DNA of 64,000 nucleotides from Epithemia pelagica (taxonomy: Eukaryota; Protista; Bacillariophyta): positions 2,232,001 to 2,296,000 of the forward strand of contig OX337234.1 of NCBI GenBank assembly GCA_946965045.2. The letters are read 5' to 3'. Position numbers and translations under genes: made by a program. Under the pieces are notes generated by a model. The model worked only from the letters and a program-made list of their open reading frames with translations, made no database searches and was not told the origin of the DNA. Below are positions 8,711 through 19,494 of this stretch, piece after piece. Positions within the stretch are counted from its first letter, which is position 1. The number at the start of each line of letters is the position of its first letter.

Positions 8711-11299
8711 CTATGTTTCTTTGACGTCCTCAATGGCTTGAGCAATCACATCCATTTCTTGTTTCGACATTTCCGAAGGAGCTTGTTGAGTCTTTTTAGG
8801 TGTCCCTGTCTTTTTCTTTGAGGCTCCTCCGTGGATTTCCTCCAGCATAGCTTTCCGACTTAAACGAATCTTCCCGTTCTCTTTGCCAACATACTTCACC
8901 GTAAGTTCCTCTACACCCATACTTCGAACAAATGCTTCGCAATTTCGCACACGTTCCCGGGCCATCTCCGAAACATGACAGAGGCCTTCCAGGCCAGGTG
9001 AGGATCCGTCTTCGGGACCCGGAAGGATCTCCACAAAAACACCAAACGGATGTACACCTGTGATCTTTCCGGTGTAGTTTTCGCCCTCCACTGGGTCTGG
9101 TCCAACGTACTTTGGCTTGTCTTTCCTGTCTCCTTTACCACCGCCATTGCCTGAAATGAGGGCCATCACAAAATTCTTGGCCTCCTCAAGTTTCTCCTCT
9201 TTCATGGACGAAACCTGTATCTTCCCATCATCGCTTACGTCCATGTTCACCAGTTCATGATCCTCGATGATAGCGCGAATCTGCTTTCCACCAGGACCAA
9301 TGACCTTTCCAATTGACTCGAATGGGATTTCAAATACCGTTATTTTGGGCACTGTGGATGGCAAGCTTTCCCGAGGTTTCTCCAATACACTCTCCATCTC
9401 GTCCAAAATGTGCAAACGACCCTCTCGTGCCTGAGCTAATGCCCGTTCCATAGTTTCCAGGGTGAGACCTTCGCATTTAATATCCAATTGAAAGGTCGTG
9501 ATTCCCTCACGATCTCCTGCTACTTTGAAATCCATGGTGCCAAGAGCGTCTTCCGTTCCCGAAATGTCAGACAAAATGACAGCGCTTTCGTCTGATACGC
9601 CTTCTTTATCGTCAAGAAGCATGCCCATCGCAATACCTGCAACCGTCCTTTTCACCGGAACACCAGCATCCATCATCGCAAGGGCGCCGCCACAGACACT
9701 CGCCATCGAACTAGACCCATGGGACTCAGTAATCAGCGACTCGACGCGAATGGAGTATGGGAACTCATCCTCGCTAGGTATGACAGGAATCAGAGCTCTT
9801 TCTGCAAGATTTCCGTGCCCGACCTCACGTCGGCCTGGAGCACCGACTCTACCAGTCTCACCAACACTGCTGGGAGGGAATGTGTACTGCAAATAAAAGC
9901 GTTTCTCTTCAGTGCCATCAATTTTATCAATCTTCTGACGCATGCTGGAATCACCCAATGTTGCAGTTGCAACTGCTTGAGTCTCTCCTCTCGTAAAGAG
10001 TGCACTTCCATGCACACGAGGAAGGAAACCGGCCTCGATATCTATTCTTCGAATATCCTTCAATCCTCTACCATCACCGCGCAAACCAGAGTCCCGAGCT
10101 CTGGCATACAGTCTTTCACAAAGCAAATTCTTGAAGGCTCCCTTCACGGCAATTCCTTCATCAGGAAACTCTTCTTGAAAGGCCTCCGTAACCTCCTTTT
10201 TTAGTGCAGACATAATTTCTGACTGTTCTTTCTTTCTACCACCTGTTGCAAACATCTCGTCCACTTTCTGCCGGAAAGACTCGTTCACTTTATCTTGGAG
10301 CCCTTCAGGCATCATTTTAATGGTCGAATAATTCTTGACGACACCAACGGCCTCTCCGAGAGCCGAGATGCCTTTACAGAGACTTTGAATTGCTTCATGG
10401 CCAAATTTAACAGCTGCAATCATTTGAGCTTCTGGCAAAAAATCGGCGTAGCCTTCAATCATGAGCACAGCATCAGCAGTTCCGGCCACAGTAAGGTGAA
10501 GCTGTGATTCATCCATCTCAACGTGGGATGGATTCAAAATGAAATTCGATCCGTCCGAGCTTAATCCAACTTGGACGGCCGCTACTGGCTTATCGAGAGG
10601 AATATCAGAAAGATAGATAGCAGTTGCAGATGCCAGGATTGCCAACGGATCGCAGGATCGGACACCATCGTACGAAAGCACCCACGATAAAACTTGAGTT
10701 TCATGTCTCCATCCATCTGCAATCAATGGTCGGATGGGTCGGTCAATTAACCGGCAAACAAGAATTTCATGTTCGGCCGGGCGGCCATCTCTTCGTGTAT
10801 AACTGCCACTCGTTAATCCTGCACTGGAAAAACGTTCTTGATGTTCCACTGACAGGGGTAAAAAGTCAATTTCCTCCTTGGGTTTGGAATCTCTGGAGGC
10901 AGTGGCATAGAGGACGGATTCCCCTCTCGTCAATGTTACTGCACCCGCAGCTTGTCGCCCAATTTTGCCCGTTTCAATCACAATTTCTGGAACATCGTCC
11001 GCTTGCCCTGGAAGCGAAGGGAATTTCAATCTGTGTACCGTCGCTCCCGCTGGCCCTGTTTCCGACGATTCCAAGACAAATGGCGCAGATTGGTCCTTCT
11101 CCACAGCCTCCGTGACTCCATTAACGGCTTCCCAAACCTGACTGTTGATTGCTCGCCTTCGATAGACGGAGTTGAGAGGCAAGAAGGAACAGGATAGGTA
11201 CGCTGTTTGAAGCAGCAGGAGGATCGGAAGACTTCGACCACATGGTATTCTCATGGTGCCTTTTGTGTGGTGTGTTGATTGTGCGAGCGACTTTCCCAC
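8711..11299 (-). CDS. pnp: Polyribonucleotide nucleotidyltransferase (PNPase), probably plastid-targeted
   Basis: Two RNase PH domains (RLIDRPIRPL, RRE(V)GHGNLAERAL, SSSMASVCGG, DFKVAG), then KH (IGKVIGPGGKQIR) and S1 (FGVFVEI...GLCHVSE). The N-terminus has a hydrophobic signal followed by SCS|FLP. The true start may be the second Met. Confidence 0.96.
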   Translation of the reverse strand: MGKSLAQSTHHTKGTMRIPCGRSLPILLLLQTAYLSCSFLPLNSVYRRRAINSQVWEAVNGVTEAVEKDQSAPFVLESSETGPAGATVHRLKFPSLPGQADDVPEIVIETGKIGRQAAGAVTLTRGESVLYATASRDSKPKEEIDFLPLSVEHQERFSSAGLTSGSYTRRDGRPAEHEILVCRLIDRPIRPLIADGWRHETQVLSWVLSYDGVRSCDPLAILASATAIYLSDIPLDKPVAAVQVGLSSDGSNFILNPSHVEMDESQLHLTVAGTADAVLMIEGYADFLPEAQMIAAVKFGHEAIQSLCKGISALGEAVGVVKNYSTIKMMPEGLQDKVNESFRQKVDEMFATGGRKKEQSEIMSALKKEVTEAFQEEFPDEGIAVKGAFKNLLCERLYARARDSGLRGDGRGLKDIRRIDIEAGFLPRVHGSALFTRGETQAVATATLGDSSMRQKIDKIDGTEEKRFYLQYTFPPSSVGETGRVGAPGRREVGHGNLAERALIPVIPSEDEFPYSIRVESLITESHGSSSMASVCGGALAMMDAGVPVKRTVAGIAMGMLLDDKEGVSDESAVILSDISGTEDALGTMDFKVAGDREGITTFQLDIKCEGLTLETMERALAQAREGRLHILDEMESVLEKPRESLPSTVPKITVFEIPFESIGKVIGPGGKQIRAIIEDHELVNMDVSDDGKIQVSSMKEEKLEEAKNFVMALISGNGGGKGDRKDKPKYVGPDPVEGENYTGKITGVHPFGVFVEILPGPEDGSSPGLEGLCHVSEMARERVRNCEAFVRSMGVEELTVKYVGKENGKIRLSRKAMLEEIHGGASKKKTGTPKKTQQAPSEMSKQEMDVIAQAIEDVKET

Positions 11300-11776
11300 A
11301 ATGGACGTCGGGCAACAAAACTCCCTTAGCTGACCGACTCCCCAAACTGAAAGACAAGGCAGGGGTGGACAAGTTCGCTTGTATCGGCCGTCGCGACCCG
11401 AATGATGTGTTCAATGTCACAGATACAGTGGTGGTTGTGGAGCGAGAAGTGGAAGTGGTAGTCTCGGTGGCAGAAAATCTTGAGTACGTCATATGTTATT
11501 CACGAATAGTTTGTGAACGGAATATGAGGCCGCTAAAACCGCAAGATCATAGGAGTACTCCTAGAGGATAGAGGAGTAGAAAGAAACGAGCAAGGATATC
11601 TGCCATGGACGAATTTCATATCTAATATATAATCGATGTCTTACTAGAATTTGCAACGCATGCATTGGTGAAATCATAGAGGGAGTTTTTCACATGTACT
11701 TGGAGATGCGAAACATTCATCTTTCACTGCCCAATTGAGTGTAGACGCCAAAATGCACCAGGGAATCATGTACTCT

Positions 11777-12727
11777 TTACGAGGACGAAAAGATGGGGAA
11801 CTTGTCGAGGCTGGAGGGGTACCACGCATACTCTGAGAGATCAGTGGGCCACTTGACTTCCTTGGGAGAGGCGAGTTTCACCTTGCCTGAACTGAGCTTT
11901 TCCTTGAGCGGAGCCGTGGCGCCATTTTTCAGACCATTCTTCGCAAACGTTGTGCGCAGATATTCAACCGTAAACATCATGTTGTGGGCTTCGAAGTTGC
12001 CTCTGGCAAAGATAGGTTCGAAAACCAGAAACTTCATGTCCGCCCGCTTACTCTTCATGGCACGTTCGCGAGTGGTCCCGAAACGTTTCGGGAGGGCGTC
12101 GCCGTCGATGTACACCATGATGTAGTTGGGTCCCTTCGGCCAGTGTCGATGACCATTACCAAAAGTTACAATGTCAACGTATTCTTGAGCTCGTTCTTCC
12201 CAAAGCTTCTTGTTGAAACCATTCAACCTCAGAAACTTGTTTCGGGCCCGACGAATGGACCTGGACAGAAAAATGGTTCCGTGCGAGTCTCCAGCCAAGT
12301 TGAGCTTCCTCTGCTTTGTGACGGCCTCGTAAATGAGAATGGATGCGTGATCAATGACAGGACTTCCCGAAATACCCACACGGTCCAATGCAGCGTCGAT
12401 CCAATCAATACGGGTATTCAAACACTTGTACATGGGATTTTCCTTGAGAAAACTAGCATTGTTCAAGTTGACCACACCAACGTTCAATCTCTCTGCGTAA
12501 CGACGGCTTCTCTTGCTTTAAAGCTTGGCCACTTGTCCAAGTCCAGAAATGAAAATGAAAAAGTCGCTGTCTTCGGCCGTGACACCCGACGGATAATATG
12601 CAGCGTTCTCAGAAAGGAATTTCAGCGGCTCATCCTTGTTCATAACTTCATAAAAATCAAAAATCTTCTCACTCTTGGGATTCTGGAACTGGCCATCGTT
12701 CTCCAGGTCTGGGAAAATCCTCTCCAT
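11777..12727 (-). pseudogene. Intronless alpha/beta-hydrolase (lipase-like) with one in-frame TAA
   Basis: ORFs 12518-12727 and 11777-12487 are the same frame, joined as ...GQVAKL*SKRSRRYAERLNVG.... Motifs: FIFISGLG (oxyanion strand), LAGDSHG (GxSxG), VDIVTFG, GDALP (acid), EAHNM (His). Confidence 0.7.
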
Positions 12728-13875
12728 GATGTTGGTTGGTATGGGGTGTTGTTCTTTGATTGAGGGAAACTTTTCTGAGATCCAACAGAAGATGAACTCT
12801 AAAGCATACCTACAAACGGAAACGGAGCGGCTTCTGGTCGTTCATTCGGACCACGATTGTGTTGATGTCCAACGGTCACGAAAAAATTAATTGTGCACCG
12901 TTCCAAACCCACTAAAGTTACAGGTTCCGAGTCCGAGGAAGGCTTGAATAAAAATCATTCCCGAGCCGGCAAGGGCCAATGTAAGGATAGGAATCACATA
13001 CACGCCGGTCAGCCTTGATGCCAGTCGAGTGCCCTTGCTGGTTACTCCAACTTACCCTCATAAATTCGAAAAAAGCTACCGTTTATGGGTTTTGGTATCA
13101 CTATTGGGGGCAGAAAGACGACTCATTCACACACAACCACTGAAACGTCGATACCCGACTTTTGAACTCAATGATTCCACTTCCTGGCCGGCCAAACGAC
13201 GATGAGAACCTTACGTTTAAGTGGGATTCGATTCTCCACTTCCCAGCACCGAAGCTCGTCCACATGTGGTTACGCTACTTTGAAATACCGTATTCATGCT
13301 AAATGCTTATAGTTCTCCAAAGGTAATGAAATCTTCCAATACATGCTTAGACAAAGTCTCATCAACCTAGTTTCGGCTGTATTCTTTTAGAACTACCGAA
13401 ACAGAGTTGACATAGACTACTCCGAGGAAGCAAATTGGACAAAGAAAAACGCATCTACGAAACGATTGTCCTTGAACAAAACACGGACCCGTCAACATCA
13501 ATCAATAACTTAATCTATGCAATATCAGCGAGAATCGCAACGGTCCCTTTCGTGACGACGGCTCATTGGGTTCCTTTCGTGAGGCAGTAGGTATCATCGG
13601 AGGAAAGCAGCTTACGAACAACAACAGTTGCGCTAAATTTAAGAGAAAGTTTTTATCTGCCGAGGCTTTTCCAGGCCAGATCATGGAGAAAACTATTTGT
13701 TGAAGGACAAACTCTGCTGCATTCCACACACTAGTTGATGGAGGACAAACTCAGTTGCACATCGTTCGTCAAAGGATGAACTTGGATCTTACTCGAACAT
13801 AGAAACTTTTTAGAGACCGATCGCATGGCACCCAATCGTTTTCTTGGGGAATCAATGATTTTCATAATAATGATT

Positions 13876-15498
13876 TCACAAGGAGATCAGTTTCTGTGAA
13901 AGCAATATGCGAAAGGATCGCTCACAATTAATTCCTGCTTCGTCCAAAATCAAGTCTGCTTCCAACAGACACGATCGAGCTTCTTCAAGCATTCTCCGGT
14001 CCCTGAATAGATCAGCAAGAACGGCCAAAGTTTTAGCTGCCTCCCATGCAAAGGAATCAGACCCCGAATTGATCAGCTTCTTCTGGACTTCTAGCACAGA
14101 GACATAGGCGGACATAGCTGAATCCATATCCATGCTGGCTACGTGAACAACTGCAATGTTCTGCAAAGTTGTTAACATGGCTTGGTTCTTTGAAGTTTTA
14201 TCTGCCGAAGATTCTCTCTTGATTGCAAGCGCCTCTTCGTGACAAGCAAGAGCGGCTCTGTAGTTTTTGCGGAGAAGGTAAACCTTTCCGATGGCATCAA
14301 GAGTCTTTGCAATCTCTGCGTGCTTCTCTCCCAAAACCAAGGACTGGATCTCGCAGGCCCGCTTCAAAGCGACAAATGCTTCATCGTATTCCCTCCTTAG
14401 AGTCTGCGCAAGTCCAATTTGATACTGAACAGTAGCAATCTTCAGGCTCCGGCTGGGGTCACCTTCCTCCAAGATAACATTGTATTCATGGACACGAAGC
14501 GCGTTTTTGAAGAACACGATACATTCATCAACTTTGCCAATCTTAAAAAATACGGTCCCCATATTTCCGTAAGATTCTGCCAAATGATCTCCTGGATCAC
14601 ATTTGACGGCTTCCTTGTAAGCAGCGATGGCTGCATCGTCATTTCCATCTTTGACATGCGTATTTCCTATCAAGTTCCACACAGTCGCAACACGAGAGTC
14701 TTTCGTACCGTACCTCTTCTGGGAATCTTCAAGTTCATCTAAGAGAAGCCCGAGTGACGAGAACTCTTGAGACAAGTCTATGGCCAAAGGTGACGAGAGT
14801 GTTCTTCTATGAAGCGACTTAGAGGGCTTTTGTGGTACTGTTTTCTTCGAGGACGGTCGACATTGGGTTGCATCCCAAGAATTTGCATGCTTTCGGAGTG
14901 GAGCAGCTGCTTTGGGTGACGAAACAGAACTGATGCTGGAAGTAGAAGATCTCTTTGGTGGTAGAGGAGGTAGTTCTCCAGGTGAAGACTGAAGTCGTGG
15001 GACGGCGGATGAGATTCTTCTATGACGCCTAATCGGCCGAGGCAGAGCGATCGTTTTCCTCTGTGATTCAAGTGGCGATGAAGCAGGAGAATTGGACGCA
15101 TTTTGGATGAAATCTTCGCTCTCACAGTAATCTTCAAACCATGTCTCTTCTGCCGTTCGAAGAGTAGTCGCGGTGGAGATTGTCCCATCGTCCGAAGTGG
15201 GCCGGGGACGTTCACCGACTCCCACGACTTTTGCCAGATCATGCGGTGGTGAGTCCAACTTGGACTCTGTGTGGGAACGTTCATCGAACTGGACAACGTC
15301 GATAGGTGGCACAGGCATATCGTTGAGACTAGCTTCCGACATTGTGCTGAAGATCGAGCTCTGAATTACGTAAGAAGCCTCTTCCTCTAGAGGTTGTTTC
15401 GGCAAACAAGCAACCTTCAAAGTGGTTCGGATCGTCGACTCAACAGATTTGTGAGAACGCGCACAGCTAAATAATGAGGGAGTGTGGGCGAATCCCAT
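13876..15498 (-). CDS. TPR-repeat protein (kinesin-light-chain-like TPR block) with Ser/Pro-rich N-terminus
   Basis: Tandem TPR helices: VATVWNLIGNTHV, LAESYGNMGTVFF, IATVQYQIGLAQ, IAKTLDAIGKVY. Confidence 0.85.
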   Translation of the reverse strand: MGFAHTPSLFSCARSHKSVESTIRTTLKVACLPKQPLEEEASYVIQSSIFSTMSEASLNDMPVPPIDVVQFDERSHTESKLDSPPHDLAKVVGVGERPRPTSDDGTISTATTLRTAEETWFEDYCESEDFIQNASNSPASSPLESQRKTIALPRPIRRHRRISSAVPRLQSSPGELPPLPPKRSSTSSISSVSSPKAAAPLRKHANSWDATQCRPSSKKTVPQKPSKSLHRRTLSSPLAIDLSQEFSSLGLLLDELEDSQKRYGTKDSRVATVWNLIGNTHVKDGNDDAAIAAYKEAVKCDPGDHLAESYGNMGTVFFKIGKVDECIVFFKNALRVHEYNVILEEGDPSRSLKIATVQYQIGLAQTLRREYDEAFVALKRACEIQSLVLGEKHAEIAKTLDAIGKVYLLRKNYRAALACHEEALAIKRESSADKTSKNQAMLTTLQNIAVVHVASMDMDSAMSAYVSVLEVQKKLINSGSDSFAWEAAKTLAVLADLFRDRRMLEEARSCLLEADLILDEAGINCERSFRILLSQKLISL

Positions 15499-15969
15499 CC
15501 GCGAATTGGACTGGGTACACGATCGACACTCCGTACTGAATCTACGAAGATCCTACGTTGCTTGCTGTCACGCAGTCTTACCATATCCCGGATTTCACCT
15601 TTCCAAACATTTTCAACGGCGAAAACTTGGATATTTCGGGGGCTCCGTTGGCATGTTCTTGGCACTTGGCACACGCAACTATATGTAATGAATTTGATTC
15701 AAGAACTACTTAGGAAGACAGTAGAGATACATACACGTAAACGGACTGACTGAAGACAGTCTTGTGACGCTTCCACTATTGTATAACAAGACCAAAAGTC
15801 TGTTGCAAGATCTAATATATATAATAATATTATGTCTTCCAAGACTTCAAGTTTTGAGTGCTTCATAAGCGACCGATGTGTTGATCTGTGGTCGCGCAAA
15901 TCGGCCGAAGCCGCAGGCACAGCAACAAACGAAGAAGACCATACAAGTTCTCCTTGAATCGGCGCCACC

Positions 15970-16678
15970 ATGTCTCCAGCAACTACGGATCTAACGGGAG
16001 AGGCAATTTCCAACTCCGGAATTGCCGCTTGTGGATGGAACTTCATCGTCTTAATGAGCCGTCAGGGAAAGATTAGGTTGTCAGAGTTCTTTGCGTCCTA
16101 CTCAGAATCAGAGAAAAGACGGATTCTCCGTGACATTGCTGGAGATGTCATTCCGCGGGCCCCGAAGATGTGCAACATCATTGAAAAAGGAACGTACAAA
16201 TTCGTTTATCGTCGATATGCGTCTCTGTACTTTGTAGTCGGAGTTCCTCCTGGTATGAATGAATTAATTGTTTTGGAACAGATCCACCTCTTCGTGGAAG
16301 CCCTGGATGGATATTTTAATTCAGGTAAGTTTGAGAACTGGTGTTATCGGATTCTCCTATCTATGACCTTCTCTTACATGCACTGTTCTCTTTGTTTCCC
16401 TAGTTTGCGAACTGGACCTAGTCTTTTCTCTTCACAAATCACTTTTGATCTTGTTTGAAATGTTCATTGGTGGTATGCTTTGTGAATCAAATAAACGGGA
16501 GGTATTGAAAGCGATTGTTGAAGCAGAAGAACTTGTTGAGGAATTGACCAAGCCTGGAGAAGATACTGCCAGTCAACTTGACGATGGACTCAGCTTTCAG
16601 GAGCAATTTCAACTAGGTAGGACTCCCGGACGGCAGCGTACTGGTGGGCCTGCTCCGGGGAGAGGTGGTCGACGGTAA
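15970..16678 (+). CDS. Clathrin adaptor complex small (sigma) subunit, AP-1-like
   Basis: FIVLMSRQGKIRL, VYRRYASLYF, NELIVLEQIHLFVEALD.YF. Intron 16325-16403 (GTAAGT...CCTAG) restores VCELDLVF...ILFEMFIGG. Confidence 0.9.
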
Positions 16679-17272
16679 TGGTTTTGCTCTCAATTCCATG
16701 ATCATTGCAACATCATGTGCACCACAAGTTGGACAACAAAAAACTAAAGTTGCGGAAGGCAGAAAAGGAGGACCCATCAGGTTGTTGTAGTTTGACTGCC
16801 GTTAGTTCTTTAATGACCTTCCTTCATACTCTAGTGTTTTCTTGTTGATCAATAATGTGGGCATCGAGGTAGACTTCTCATTTGTCCTACGCGAATCATT
16901 TGATAACGGAGAATCACAAAGAACTTTGTTTCCTGGCTCCCTCTTCTAAATGACGCGCGTCTCTTAAACTGATTGAGAACTCTGAGGATGTGAACGAAAA
17001 AACAATCTAGTCTGTTTGTTGCAGCGATCACTGATCGACAAGCCGAATACGTTGACGTTGGTCGCTGGCTGAGCAAAGACTGACCAGCAGTCGATAGAAA
17101 GCATCATCTAGAATGGTTGACATCACGGACTGTCTACTTTACAATGTGGAGCGCTTGAAATTTGCCTGTGCCGTCAAAAAGGACCCAAAAATAGATGTGT
17201 CTATTGTCTACAGCAAGGACGAACCTTTCTTTACGCAAGGCTCCCACTAGGAGTAGCTGCAATATATTGCAC

Positions 17273-17955
17273 TCACATTTGAGCAAAGTTGTATTTGGAG
17301 GGGCTTGTCGGATTGGGAGGAAAGTAGTAACGTCCAAAGCCTTTCTTGATCGCTTTCCGCGACATTTCTGGTGTCAATTCACAACCAACGGCAGCAGTTG
17401 CATTGGTGAGCACGTTCAGTAGGAAAAACGCGAGAATGGGAGAAAAATCCAGTCCAAAGAGAGGCGGAATCACTCCTCGAAACAAATTGAGAAATGGATC
17501 CGTAATCGCAAAGATAGGCTGCAAGGCCGCGACTCCCTGCGCCTGAGGAAACCAACTCAACAAAATACGACCTGTAATAATCAAGTTATACTGTTGCAGT
17601 GCGTGAGCGAGAATGGGATAAATGAGACAAGTGGCAATGTTCACAGTCAAAGATGACACCAACGTACAATGCTTAGGAAATTGGCAAATCCACCGACAAA
17701 AACTTGTTCAGCAACACCATATCCCGGTATGGCCATTGCAGTCTTCCCTGAGGTGTGGCCCTGTTTTTGTCGAATGGCCCACCTAAGCTCGTGCCTTGCC
17801 ATCATCGATTGGTCTGGCGCTGATCTCGACAAAGCGGACGAACATACACGTCTTGCCGAGTCCAGAGACTGGGGAAGGAAGACGGAAGCGTGGACATTGG
17901 CCACGCAGAAAAACGCAATCACCAATGAATGAAAGAATGTTTTGACAGCCTTCAT
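17273..17955 (-). CDS. YGGT (YlmG/CCB3-family) plastid membrane protein
   Basis: Intron 17591-17667 (GTACGT...AACAG) gives FANFLSIYNLIITGRILLSWFP...ITDPFLNLFRGVIPPLFGLDFSPILA. N-terminal signal peptide MKAVKTFFHSLVIAFFCVANVHA. Confidence 0.9.
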
Positions 17956-18249
17956 AATGATCTCCTCTTTTCTCGGCGGTTCAAAAGATGACACTCTCGC
18001 TCTGCGATATGCGATAAACAAGATTGTGGGTGTGTTGTTGTGGTGTTGGCATTTGGCACAACGCTTTCGTCATGACGTCACTTCGGCGAATCAAATCAAG
18101 GTGACTGGTGGGGTTGGGATAGACACATGCCCCACAGTGTAACGGGCGCATTGCTCTCCCATTTTTTTGTGGATCATTTTTTTTTCTCGGAAGGATATCC
18201 TCGTCCGTTAAGAATCAATAGACACAAACAAAACTTCTAGGAAGGCAGA

Positions 18250-19242
18250 ATGAATCCTTTCCCTGCGAATTCGCTGGATGATACGGAGAATGAAAGACCC
18301 CATTCGGAATTCACCACAGCCACTGTTGGTGCCATGGGACAACCACCGAACAACAGTTACAACGCGAACGGCTCTGGCAATCCTTCGACGCGACAAAAAA
18401 TCTCATTTGCGGGGCAACGCATGACCGATTCGAGAAAACAAATCAAGTTTAGAGAGGGCGTCGATGTGTTTGTTTTTCGAGAGAGCTTTGCTGTTGCTCT
18501 TTGGGCCTTGACGGTGCCACTTCTATCCATGGGAATACGTCGCCTAATTGACGAAGCGAATCAACTTGAGTCCAGACAGCGTGAAGGTGATCTTCACGTC
18601 GTTACAGGACTCATCGCGTGGCTACTGCTTAGACTGCTGCCATCCAAACTTCTGACGACAGGGGCACCGGGTTTCCTATATTCACATTCATGGATCCTTC
18701 TCCGCATCTCAGAAACGTTCAACATGTATCCAAACCTCGGCTGCCGAATATGTGAATGGAGGTTAGGCCGCCTACCAAAGCGAGCCCTTATTCTTGCTGT
18801 GTTTGTTCACACGTTTGTTCCATGTATTGTGTGGGGATCCACTTCTCTTTTTCGACAAGAATGCTCATTGTCTAATGAGTACTCGCTGTATTCACTGCGT
18901 TACGAAGAGAATGACAATGAACAAGTTTTGTACCATTTCTTTCTTCAAGAAGTACTTTCGAACATGTTTTTTCCAGTGGCAATAATGGTTGTTCCATCCT
19001 TGCTCAAGCTAAACAATTATCCGGAATGGATGTCTTTCTTTGTACTATATCCCTTGTATTCCATGGGGGTTGACGGAGCTGGTCGAGGAAGTACGTTATC
19101 ACCTGCAGCCTTTATGGCACAATCGATCATGTTTCGTCAATTCCAGTTCAAGGACAACTGGAGGCTTATTGCACAACTTGTTGGAAATCTCCTCGGAGGA
19201 GCTGTGATGCAATTTGTGTTCCCAGATCAACCCCGTCAGTAA
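18250..19242 (+). CDS. Multi-pass membrane protein, divergent MIP/aquaporin-like
   Basis: Several hydrophobic helices. The C-terminal GSTLSPAA...AQLVGNLLGGAVM matches the second NPA box and last helix of MIPs; the first box is degenerate (NMYPN). Confidence 0.55.
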   Translation: MNPFPANSLDDTENERPHSEFTTATVGAMGQPPNNSYNANGSGNPSTRQKISFAGQRMTDSRKQIKFREGVDVFVFRESFAVALWALTVPLLSMGIRRLIDEANQLESRQREGDLHVVTGLIAWLLLRLLPSKLLTTGAPGFLYSHSWILLRISETFNMYPNLGCRICEWRLGRLPKRALILAVFVHTFVPCIVWGSTSLFRQECSLSNEYSLYSLRYEENDNEQVLYHFFLQEVLSNMFFPVAIMVVPSLLKLNNYPEWMSFFVLYPLYSMGVDGAGRGSTLSPAAFMAQSIMFRQFQFKDNWRLIAQLVGNLLGGAVMQFVFPDQPRQ

Positions 19243-19494
19243 AATAAGACAAAGTCATTCTAACGTGCACTCTATTTTTCTTTTCAATGCCGAGATCGGA
19301 ATCCGACTTTGACTTCTGCTGTCCTGCCCTTGAAGGCAAGAAAGCATATTCGGAGGATATCAATATCCACAATATCCACAATATCCAACTATACTCGAAA
19401 GAAGAGGGTAGCTCGAGCTAGCAATAGAAACTGCTCCTAAAGATATTTTACGTCATTCAAGAATCTTCAGTCAAGGTCAGAAGTCGTAAGGAAC

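Noticed and set aside
11984-12763. 259-aa plus-strand ORF opposite the hydrolase
   Set aside because: It has no motifs; the catalytic-motif-bearing frame is on the minus strand, so this is treated as an antisense shadow ORF.
13220-13241. GTGGGATTCGATTCTCCAC hairpin resembling a tRNA T-arm/B-box
   Set aside because: No acceptor stem, D-arm, anticodon arm or convincing A-box can be folded around it.
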